DNA from: Longivirga aurantiaca
GTDB taxonomy: Bacteria > Actinomycetota > Actinomycetes > S36-B12 > CAIYMF01
Assembly (NCBI RefSeq): GCF_042660085.1
Contig: NZ_JBHSTI010000002.1
Location: 420,001-452,000 of the forward strand
Length of the DNA: 32,000 nt
Direction: 5' to 3'
This document shows positions 17,874 through 25,512 of this stretch, piece by piece. Position 1 is the first letter of the stretch. Each line of letters opens with the position of its first letter. The notes beneath the pieces are model-generated. The model did no database searches. It was not told the DNA's origin and saw nothing but the letters and a program-made list of their open reading frames with translations. The position numbers were made by a program, and so were the translations under genes.

Positions 17874-19223
17874 ATGCGGATTCGCAAGTCACTGGTGATC
17901 CTGCCGCTCGGTACGGCGCTGCTTCTGAGCGCCTGCGCGAGCACGAGCAACGACGGCGGTTCGAGCGGCAGCGCGTCGCCGACCGCATCGGCCAGCGAGT
18001 CGGTCGCAGCCGTCGACCTGCGTTGGCGCACCCGGCCTGACAACCAGGCCGAGGCCGACGTCTACAAGGGCATCTCGGACGCCATCACCGCCAAGGGTGT
18101 CGGGCTCAACCTGACCTACGAGGCCGGCAACTCCGAGGGCTCGCCCTACCAGGACAAGCTCAAGACCGAGCTCGGCGCGGGCACCGCCCCCGACGTGTTC
18201 TGGATCCCCGGCACCGACATCGCGGACTTCGCGAAGGCCGGCCTGATCCTCAACTTCGCCGACGAGGCGGCCACGGCCGGTCTCAACCCGACCGACTTCT
18301 ACGAGGGCCCGATCGCCTCGCTGACGGTCGACCCGGCGTCGGGCCAGCCCGCCGATGGCTTCCTCTGGGGCATCCCGCGCGACGTCTCGACGTTCGCGCT
18401 GTACCTCAACCTCGACCTCATCGACAAGGCTGGGGCCGAGAACCCGATCGAGCTCGCGAAGAACGGCGAGTGGACCTGGGACAAGTTCGCCGAGGTCGCG
18501 GACAAGATCACCGCTGACGGCGGCAAGGGCGTCAAGGGCTTCGCCGCCAACTCGTGGTGGGCCAACTACGGCTACTTCATCAACTCGGCCGGTGGCTCGT
18601 TCTTCAGCGAGGACCGCACGAAGTGCAACCTCGACTCGGCCGAGTCGGTCGCGGGCATGAAGTTCTTCAAGGACCTCTACGACTCCGGCAGCACCGTCAA
18701 GTTCGGTGAGGACGGCGAGCCCCCCTTCAAGGGCGGCACGGTCGGCATGTTCATGAACGGTCGCTGGGCCACCCCCGGCAGCCGTGAGATCAAGGACTTC
18801 AACTGGGACGTCGCGCCGCTGCCCACGGGCGCTGCTCCCGGCAAGAACTGGCAGTTCTGGGGCGCGTACGTGATCAACGCGAAGACCGCCAACCCCGCGG
18901 CAGCGGTGAAGCTCGTCCAGGAGCTCACCTCGGCCGAGGTCCAGGGCCAGATCTCCGAGCTCGGCGCGAACATCCCGTCCCGCAAGGGTGACGACGTGAT
19001 CGCCAAGTTCCTCACCTTCACGCCGCCCACCAACAACCAGGCGTTCGTCGACGGGATCACCAACGACCCGGTCGCCGAGGGCCCGCTCTGGAAGGGCAAC
19101 TGGCCCGCGTTCGACAAGGCCAGCAACGACAAGATCAACGCGCTCATGAACGGCCAGATCACGATCGACGAGTACGCCTCGTCGGTGTGCAAGGCCACCG
19201 TGGACGCGGGCGCCTTCGAGTAG
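17874..19223 (+). CDS. Carbohydrate ABC transporter substrate-binding lipoprotein
   Basis: ATG with GAGGAG 5 nt upstream. Lipobox LLLSAC. Extracellular solute-binding family 1 features (AGTAPDVFWIPGTDIADFAKAG, GTVGMFMNGRWATPG). Confidence 0.93.
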   Translation: MRIRKSLVILPLGTALLLSACASTSNDGGSSGSASPTASASESVAAVDLRWRTRPDNQAEADVYKGISDAITAKGVGLNLTYEAGNSEGSPYQDKLKTELGAGTAPDVFWIPGTDIADFAKAGLILNFADEAATAGLNPTDFYEGPIASLTVDPASGQPADGFLWGIPRDVSTFALYLNLDLIDKAGAENPIELAKNGEWTWDKFAEVADKITADGGKGVKGFAANSWWANYGYFINSAGGSFFSEDRTKCNLDSAESVAGMKFFKDLYDSGSTVKFGEDGEPPFKGGTVGMFMNGRWATPGSREIKDFNWDVAPLPTGAAPGKNWQFWGAYVINAKTANPAAAVKLVQELTSAEVQGQISELGANIPSRKGDDVIAKFLTFTPPTNNQAFVDGITNDPVAEGPLWKGNWPAFDKASNDKINALMNGQITIDEYASSVCKATVDAGAFE

Positions 19224-19239
19224 CACCCGCACGACCGGC

Positions 19240-19273
19240 TCGCGGGGGCGGGTCACCCGACCCGCCCCCGCGA
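19240..19273 (+). terminator. Strong GC stem-loop in the intergenic region after the binding-protein gene (attenuator or processing stabiliser)
   Basis: TCGCGGGGGCGGGTC (19240-19254) / GACCCGCCCCCGCGA (19259-19273), 15-bp perfect arms, loop ACCC, starting 17 nt after the stop codon. Confidence 0.8.
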
Positions 19274-19415
19274 CGCCGCGCACGTCCACCGTCCCAGCGC
19301 CCCTCGTCGCCCGGGACCGGAACGCCCCGTTCGAGGGTGTGCCGACGGCGCCTCCCGGCGCCCCAGGCCCCTCCACCTCGCGCACCCGTACGCACCCACG
19401 ACTCAGGGACGTCCC

Positions 19416-21080
19416 ATGAGCACAGCCGCACCTCCCGCGGTGGACACCACCACCGCGGTACCCGAGCCACCGGTGGAGCCCAGCGGCTTCGCGGTGCGAC
19501 TCCGTCTCGTCCAGGCCTGGCACCTGCTGCTCGCCCTCGGGTGCGCCTTCATCCTGCTCAACATCGCCAACGGCGCCTGGAAGCTCGAGTCGCTGCCCCG
19601 CAGCGCCGTCGCTGCCATCGGCGTCCTCGGCCTGGTGGGCAACCTGCTCGCGGTGCTGCTCATCGCCCGCGGCCGCCATGTCGCCCGGGGCGTCTCCTTC
19701 ACCCTCCTGTACGCCACGATCCTCGGCGCGGTGGCTCTCCTGGCGGAGGTGCTCGGCCTCTACGAGGGCCTCGACCTGTTCGCTGGAGCGTTCCAGGCCG
19801 CCTTCTGGCAGCTCGTCATCGTCGGCGTCGGCATCGCGTGGTGGGTCATCGCCCGCCGGATCGAGAAGCGGGTGGGCGAAGGCACCGCTGCTGCCGCCGC
19901 CGCGATGTGGCTCGGCCGTCTCGGCCTGCTCGCCGCAGCCGTGGGAGCGGTGTGGTGGCTCATCGTCATCGACATCCCGGCCGGCATCACGTTCATCCTC
20001 GACAACGCCAAGGCCTCGCCGGTGCAGGCGACCGCCTACCTCCTGGTCACCGTCGGCAGCATCCTCGCCGCCCGGATCATGTGGTCGCAGGAGGCGGCGC
20101 TGCACTTCAGCGCCACTGCCAAGCAGGCGGACCGCATGGTCGGCTGGCTCTACCTCTCGCCGAACCTCGTCGGCTTCCTGGCGTTCTTCGCCTTCCCGCT
20201 CGCGTTCTCGCTCGTGATCTCGTTCTTCCGCTGGGACGGGCTCACGTCCCCGACGTTCATCGGGCTCGAGAACTATGCGACGACCGTCACGGACCCGCTG
20301 TTCCACAAGTCGCTCACGAACATCTTCTGGTTCATGATCCTGGCGGTCCCGCTCTCGGTCGTGAGCGCTCTGATCCTCGCGGTGCTCATCCACACGAACT
20401 ACCCGGGCGTGAAGCTCTTCCGCGCGGTCTTCTTCGTGCCCAGCGTCGCCGGCGTCATCGGCGTCACGCTGATCTGGAAGCGGCTCTTCAACGCGCAGAG
20501 CGGCACGATCAACTGGGTGCTCGGCACCTGGGGCCAGTGGGTCAACAGCGTCCTTCCGGGCGACCCGCTCCCTGAACAGGTCGAGATCGGCTGGCTGTCC
20601 GACCCGTCGGCGCCGTTCGGCCTCCCGGACTACTGGTGGATGCCCTCCATCGCGCTGATCACCGTCGTGATCGTCTTCTCGTGGGCCCAGTTCGGCTTCA
20701 ACACCGTGCTCTTCTCCGCGGGCCTGCAGTCGATCAGCAAGGAGCTCTACGAGGCCGCCGAGCTCGACGGCGCGAACGCGTGGCAGCGCTTCCGCAACGT
20801 GACGCTCCCGTCGCTTCGGTCCACGACGTTCTTCGTGACCGCCACGACCGTGATCCTCTGTCTGCAGCTGTTCGACATCGTCTACGCGCTGAACCAGCCG
20901 AACCCGGTGGGCTTCCCGAACAACGCGACGCTCACACCGGTCGTGTACCTGTACCAGCTCGGCTTCCAGCAGAACGCGTTCGGACTGGCGTCCGCGGTGG
21001 CCTGGGTGCTGTTCATCTTCATCTTCATCTTCACGCTGGCCCAGTTCCGCCGTCAGCGCGCAGAAGTGGAGGGCTCCTGA
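19416..21080 (+). CDS. MalF-like sugar ABC transporter permease with extended multi-TM N-terminus
   Basis: 554 aa. Canonical permease domain from RMVGWLYLSPNLVGF, with EAA loop EAAELDGANAWQRFRNVTLPSL. Preceded by ~240 aa containing several extra hydrophobic segments. Confidence 0.92.
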   Translation: MSTAAPPAVDTTTAVPEPPVEPSGFAVRLRLVQAWHLLLALGCAFILLNIANGAWKLESLPRSAVAAIGVLGLVGNLLAVLLIARGRHVARGVSFTLLYATILGAVALLAEVLGLYEGLDLFAGAFQAAFWQLVIVGVGIAWWVIARRIEKRVGEGTAAAAAAMWLGRLGLLAAAVGAVWWLIVIDIPAGITFILDNAKASPVQATAYLLVTVGSILAARIMWSQEAALHFSATAKQADRMVGWLYLSPNLVGFLAFFAFPLAFSLVISFFRWDGLTSPTFIGLENYATTVTDPLFHKSLTNIFWFMILAVPLSVVSALILAVLIHTNYPGVKLFRAVFFVPSVAGVIGVTLIWKRLFNAQSGTINWVLGTWGQWVNSVLPGDPLPEQVEIGWLSDPSAPFGLPDYWWMPSIALITVVIVFSWAQFGFNTVLFSAGLQSISKELYEAAELDGANAWQRFRNVTLPSLRSTTFFVTATTVILCLQLFDIVYALNQPNPVGFPNNATLTPVVYLYQLGFQQNAFGLASAVAWVLFIFIFIFTLAQFRRQRAEVEGS

Positions 21081-22300
21081 TGTCCGGTACGTCGACCCGG
21101 CGCAAGGCGCGGGGCTTCAAGGAGAAGTCGGCGCGGGGATCTGTCTATCTGATCCTCGGCGTCGCGGGCCTCATCGTCCTCATCCCGTTCCTGCTGGCAT
21201 TCCTCGGCTCGTTCAAGACCGCGGAGGACATCAACACCTATCCGCCGCGACTCCTGCCGTACCAGCCGACCACGACCCAGATCGACGGCGTGGAGTACCC
21301 CGTCTTCACGGTGACCGTGGGCGACACCTCGCAGGAGCTGGCCCAGGTCGCGGGCGGCAAGAGCGCCAACGAGTACCGAAGCGTGGCGACGAACGAGACG
21401 GTCGTGTTCACGACCGAGGAGAACGTCACGCCGACCGGTCAGACCGTCGAGGTCGGCGGCGAGACCCGCGAGGTCTTCACGTACACGCCCCCGGGCGGTG
21501 AGCCGGTCGAGGTCTACTTCGAGCGCACCCGCATCGTGAACGAGTACGTCGACCCCGCGAACCCGAACGCACCACCGGTCTACGCGCCGTCCACCAACGC
21601 CGTTCCCGCGGAGAGCGTGCAGTGGCGGACCGAGAACTACACCGAGGTGCTCGAGCTCAGCTCGCTCGATCGCGCACTGACCAACACGGTCCTCATCACG
21701 ATCCTCGTCGTGGTCGGCCAGGTGCTCACGAGCATCATGGGCGGCTACGCGTTCGCCCGGATCAAGTTCGCGGGCCGCGACAAGCTGTTCCTGTTCTACC
21801 TCGGATCGATCATGATCCCGTTCGTCGTCCTGCTGATCCCGCTCTACCGCCTCATGGTGACGATCGGCTGGGTGAACGACCTCGTGAGCCTCGTGATCCC
21901 GTTCGTGTTCACGGCGTACGGCACGTTCTTGATGCGCCAGTTCTTCGTCGGGATCCCGAAGGAGCTCGAGGAGGCGGCGGTCATCGACGGCGCCTCGCGA
22001 TGGCGCATCCTGTGGCAGATCTTCGTGCCGCTGTCGATCCCGGCCATCGCGACGCTGTCGACGTTCTCGTTCCTCTATGCGTGGAACTCGTTCATCTGGC
22101 CGCTGATCATCCTCGACAGCGGAAACCTCGACAACAACGTGCTGGCGGTCGCCCTGTCGACCCTCGGCGGCCGAGCGGCGGACAACGCCAACCTCGTCCT
22201 CGCCGGCGTGATGATCGCGATGCTCCCGCCGATCACGGTGTTCCTGCTGGCGCAGCGCTCCTTCGTCGAGAACGTCGCGAGCAGCGGCCTCAAGGGCTGA
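21080..22300 (+). CDS. MalG-like sugar ABC transporter permease with large extracytoplasmic insert
   Basis: ATG overlaps the upstream stop (TGATG). EAA loop EAAVIDGASRWRILWQIFVPLSIPA. Non-hydrophobic segment of ~120 aa between TM1 and TM2. Confidence 0.93.
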   Translation: MSGTSTRRKARGFKEKSARGSVYLILGVAGLIVLIPFLLAFLGSFKTAEDINTYPPRLLPYQPTTTQIDGVEYPVFTVTVGDTSQELAQVAGGKSANEYRSVATNETVVFTTEENVTPTGQTVEVGGETREVFTYTPPGGEPVEVYFERTRIVNEYVDPANPNAPPVYAPSTNAVPAESVQWRTENYTEVLELSSLDRALTNTVLITILVVVGQVLTSIMGGYAFARIKFAGRDKLFLFYLGSIMIPFVVLLIPLYRLMVTIGWVNDLVSLVIPFVFTAYGTFLMRQFFVGIPKELEEAAVIDGASRWRILWQIFVPLSIPAIATLSTFSFLYAWNSFIWPLIILDSGNLDNNVLAVALSTLGGRAADNANLVLAGVMIAMLPPITVFLLAQRSFVENVASSGLKG

Positions 22301-22315
22301 GCGGTCCGGACGCGA

Positions 22316-22349
22316 CGACGCCCCGCGCAGAGGTTCGCGCGAGGCGTCG
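22316..22349 (+). terminator. Candidate terminator for the sugar ABC operon
   Basis: CGACGCC-cc-GCGC-agaggttc-GCGC-ga-GGCGTCG stem with a 2x2 internal loop, 15 nt after the permease stop. Confidence 0.55.
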
Positions 22350-22373
22350 GGGTCACGGGCGCTGGGCCCGCTG

Positions 22374-22402
22374 CGGCAGGTCCCCGGTCAGGGGACCTGC
22401 CG
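22374..22402. terminator. Perfect stem-loop between converging transcription units, candidate bidirectional terminator
   Basis: CGGCAGGTCCCC (22374-22385) / GGGGACCTGCCG (22391-22402), 12-bp perfect arms, loop GGTCA. It overlaps the stop codon of the 48-aa ORF. Confidence 0.6.
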
Positions 22403-22534
22403 GGAGAAGATCTCGTCGATCTCCTGGCGGTCGGCTTCGCTGATGGCCGCGGCGCGCATCTGATCCCAGAGCGCGATCGTCTCGGCGACGTCCTCCGGAG
22501 CCAGGCTCCGGCGCAGGTCGGTGAGGGTTCCCAT
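22388..22534 (-). CDS. 48-aa small hypothetical protein (missing from the ORF track)
   Basis: MGTLTDLRRSLAPEDVAETIALWDQMRAAAISEADRQEIDEIFSRQVP. Very strong SD GAGGAGG, ~8 nt before ATG. Confidence 0.7.
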   Translation of the reverse strand: MGTLTDLRRSLAPEDVAETIALWDQMRAAAISEADRQEIDEIFSRQVP

Positions 22535-22663
22535 GTGCGGTCACCTCCTCTCGTCTCGGGGACGCGGCCTCGTGAGCTGCGTCCGTCAGGAGCGCGACCC
22601 GGGTTCTCCGGGTCCTGCGCTCTGTCCATGACAACGCTTTCATCGGTCCGTGAACTCCGTGTT

Positions 22664-22710
22664 CTGACCCCGTGTCAGCGAGGTGAACGTCACCCGTGAC
22701 GGCCGTCACA
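22664..22710. promoter_or_regulatory. Cluster of three adjacent inverted repeats, including a CRP/GlxR-like site
   Basis: CTGAC-N5-GTCAG (22664-22678), GGTGA-ACG-TCACC (22682-22694), and GTGACGGCCGTCAC (22696-22709), a perfect 14-bp palindrome with GTGA-N6-TCAC spacing. Confidence 0.5.
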
Positions 22711-22910
22711 GCAGGTCAGGGGCCTGGGCGGGGTGCCGGTGCGGCTCAGGGTCGGTCGGGGGTCGGGCCCTGAGGCCAGGGCCTGCTGCGGGCACCTAGC
22801 GTCGGCTGCGGATCGCCCGACCGGCAGGGGACACCTTGCCGGACCGGGCGATCCGCCACGATGGACGAGACGCGCACCGTCGGCACCGGCCGGCGGGAGA
22901 GGGGACAGCG

Positions 22911-23825
22911 ATGGCGGTCGAGGCACTCGGCCTGGGCAAGAACTACGGCGCGGTACGGGCCGTGGACGATCTCAGCTTCACGCTCGAGCCAGGGTCGGTG
23001 ACCGGCTTCCTCGGTCCGAACGGCGCGGGCAAGTCCACGACGATGCGCCTGATGCTCGGGCTCGACTCGGGCGACGGGCAGACACTGTGGGACGGCGGTC
23101 GGCTCTCCGAACGGGTCCCCGTCACGCGGACGGTGGGCGCGCACCTCGACGCCCGGTTCTTCCACCCGTCGCGCACCGCTCGCAACCACCTGAGGATGCT
23201 CGCGACCGAGGCCTCGGTGCCGACGTCCCGCGTCGACGACGTGCTGCGCCTGGTCGGCCTCGCCGAGGTCGCCGACAAGCGCCCGTCGGGCTTCTCCCTC
23301 GGCATGGCGCAGCGGCTCGGCCTCGCCGGCGCGATCCTCGCCGAGCCCGACGTCCTGCTCCTCGACGAGCCGGCGAACGGGCTGGACCCGCAGTCGATCC
23401 AGTGGCTGCGCGACTTCCTGCGCGCGTACGCGGCCCAGGGCAAGGTCGTGTTCGTCTCGAGCCACCTGCTCTCGGAGATGCAGCAGATGGCCGAGCACCT
23501 GGTGGTCATCGCGAAGGGACGGCTCATCGCGGACGAGTCGCTCGACTCGTTCGTCGCCCGCAGCACGCGCAACGACGTCCTCGTGCGCGTCTCCGACCCG
23601 GCTGCCCTTGCCGCTGCCCTCGCAGCCGAAGGCCTGACAGCGGTGCCGGAGGGGGAGGACGGTCTCGCGGTCGCGACATCGGACACCGACCGGATCGGTG
23701 AGGCAGCGTTCCGAGCCGGCCTCTCGGTGCGCGAGCTCACGCGGCGCACGGCCAGCCTCGAGGAGGCCTTCCTCGAGCTCACCACGGGCGAGCAGCAGTT
23801 CCAGACCGGTGGGGGTGCGGCATGA
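22911..23825 (+). CDS. ABC transporter ATP-binding protein (ABC-2/exporter type)
   Basis: Walker A GPNGAGKST, Walker B DVLLLDEPANGLDP, signature region SLGMAQRLGLAGA, switch His VSSHLLSEM. Confidence 0.95.
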   Translation: MAVEALGLGKNYGAVRAVDDLSFTLEPGSVTGFLGPNGAGKSTTMRLMLGLDSGDGQTLWDGGRLSERVPVTRTVGAHLDARFFHPSRTARNHLRMLATEASVPTSRVDDVLRLVGLAEVADKRPSGFSLGMAQRLGLAGAILAEPDVLLLDEPANGLDPQSIQWLRDFLRAYAAQGKVVFVSSHLLSEMQQMAEHLVVIAKGRLIADESLDSFVARSTRNDVLVRVSDPAALAAALAAEGLTAVPEGEDGLAVATSDTDRIGEAAFRAGLSVRELTRRTASLEEAFLELTTGEQQFQTGGGAA

Positions 23826-24592
23826 TCGCCGCCCTGCGCTACGAGTGGATGCGCCTCACGACCATCCGCTCCACCAAGCTCGCGCTCGCCTTCGCCCTCG
23901 TGATCTCGACCGGGCTGGGCTGGCTCATCGCAGCACCGAGCACGATGTACGACGAGTTCGGCAACGTGGTCGGCGAGGAGGCCGGCGACTGGTACGGCGC
24001 CTTCGGCTTCCCGTTGACCCTCACCGCGGTCGTCGCGTCCGTGATCGCGTCTCAGGCGATCGGTCAGGAGTATCGCTTCGGCATCATCCGGCTCACGCTG
24101 ACGGCATTCCCGCAGCGTGCCCGCATCCTCACGGCGAAGCTCGCCGTGGTGGTGCTGGCCGCGGTGGCCATCGGGCTCCTGTCGTACCTCGGCAGCTACC
24201 TCGGCGTCGTCCTCCGTGGATACCCGAGCCCGCCGGATGGCGTCACGCCGGTGGACTCGACGTACTTCCTGCGGGGCATCGTGTTCGTCGTGCTGTGGTC
24301 GCTGGCGTCGTTCGCCCTCGCGGGCATCGTGCGCCAGACCGCGGTCGGAATCGCCGTCCCGATCATCAGCGGGCTCATCGTCGAGAACATCCTGCAGTTC
24401 GTGCTCTTCGAGCGGGCCGAGTGGCTGGCCAGGATTCTGCCGTGGTCGACCGCGTCGCGTTGGTCGGCGGCCACCGACCCGACAGGCGAGAACGTGCTCG
24501 CCGTGGGGTGGGCGGCGCTGGGCATCTTCTCCGTCTGGGTCGTGGCGTTCCTGATCCTCGAGGTTGTGGCGTTCCTGCGCCGCGACGCCTGA
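23822..24592 (+). CDS. ABC-2 type permease
   Basis: 256 aa, ATGA overlap with the ATPase gene, six-TM-like hydrophobic pattern (MIAALRYEWMRLTTIRSTKLALAFALVISTGLGWL...QEYRFGIIRLTLTAFPQR). Confidence 0.88.
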   Translation: MIAALRYEWMRLTTIRSTKLALAFALVISTGLGWLIAAPSTMYDEFGNVVGEEAGDWYGAFGFPLTLTAVVASVIASQAIGQEYRFGIIRLTLTAFPQRARILTAKLAVVVLAAVAIGLLSYLGSYLGVVLRGYPSPPDGVTPVDSTYFLRGIVFVVLWSLASFALAGIVRQTAVGIAVPIISGLIVENILQFVLFERAEWLARILPWSTASRWSAATDPTGENVLAVGWAALGIFSVWVVAFLILEVVAFLRRDA

Positions 24593-24623
24593 GCAGGGCG
24601 GCGCCGCTCCCTAGACTCCGCAC

Positions 24624-25097
24624 GTGACCACGGCGACCCGCACGGCCCTCGCGAGGCCGGACGAGGTCGCCGCCGTCGCGCTCGGGGGAGTGCTCGGCGC
24701 GCTGGCGCGGTACGCCGTGTCGGTCGCCGTGCCGCACGACGACCCTGCCGCCTGGCCGTGGGCCACCTTCGTGGTCAACCTGCTCGGCTGCCTGCTGCTC
24801 GGGATCCTGCTCGACGTGGTCGACGCCCGGCGCAGCGCGTGGGCCGTGACGCAGCCGTCCCGCGCCCGGCTCGCCCGGCCGTTCCTGGCGAGCGGCGTGC
24901 TCGGGGGCTTCACGACGTTCTCGACGTTCTCGCTCGAGGCGGTCAGGCTGGCGGGCGAGGGCCGTCCCGCGACCGCGGCGGCGTACGCCGGGTCGAGCGT
25001 GGTGCTCGGGGTGCTCGCCGTGCTGGTGGGTCGCCGGATGGGTGCGGCCGTGGCCGGCCCCGCCCCGGTCGACCTGCGGGAGGACGAGGACCTGTGA
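24624..25097 (+). CDS. crcB: CrcB-type fluoride channel/exporter subunit 1
   Basis: GGVLGALARYAVSV...WPWATFVVNLLGCLLLGILLD...LASGVLGGFTTFSTFSLEAVRL. Confidence 0.93.
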   Translation: MTTATRTALARPDEVAAVALGGVLGALARYAVSVAVPHDDPAAWPWATFVVNLLGCLLLGILLDVVDARRSAWAVTQPSRARLARPFLASGVLGGFTTFSTFSLEAVRLAGEGRPATAAAYAGSSVVLGVLAVLVGRRMGAAVAGPAPVDLREDEDL

Positions 25098-25486
25098 CGC
25101 CGCTGGCCCTCCTCCTCGTCGCACTGGGTTCTGCTGTCGGCGCCCCGGTGCGCTTCCTCGTCGAGCGCCGTCTGGCCGGGGCCTACCCGTGGGGGACGTT
25201 CGTCGTGAACGTCGCAGGCTCGGCGCTTCTCGGCGTGGTGGTGGCAGCGGCCGGCACGTCAGGCTCGACGCCCGTGGTGGCGCTGGTGGGCATCGGCTTC
25301 TGCGGCGCGCTCACCACCTTCGGCGGCTACGCGGCCCAGGTGCTCGACCTCGCGGTGGCACCGGGCAGCGTCCCCGGGGGCCAGCGGCTGGTCCGCTCGC
25401 TGGTCTACGCCGCGCTCTCGGTGGCCGGGTGCGTGGCGGTGGCGGCGATCTCATACGTCACGGTCGTGTCGCTGACCTCCGGTTAG
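25094..25486 (+). CDS. crcB: CrcB-type fluoride channel/exporter subunit 2
   Basis: GTGA overlap with the first copy. SAVGAPVRFLVERRL...YPWGTFVVNVAGSALLGVVV...GFCGALTTFGGYAAQV. Confidence 0.93.
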   Translation: MTPLALLLVALGSAVGAPVRFLVERRLAGAYPWGTFVVNVAGSALLGVVVAAAGTSGSTPVVALVGIGFCGALTTFGGYAAQVLDLAVAPGSVPGGQRLVRSLVYAALSVAGCVAVAAISYVTVVSLTSG

Positions 25487-25512
25487 CACCCGTTCACCTC
25501 TACCCTGCCACC

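Noticed and set aside
17889-20393. 834-aa minus-strand ORF antisense to the sugar ABC genes
   Set aside because: Composition is dominated by Arg/Gly/Asp/Glu/Val with no domain signature. It mirrors the strong codon bias of the real plus-strand genes (17874-19223, 19416-21080).
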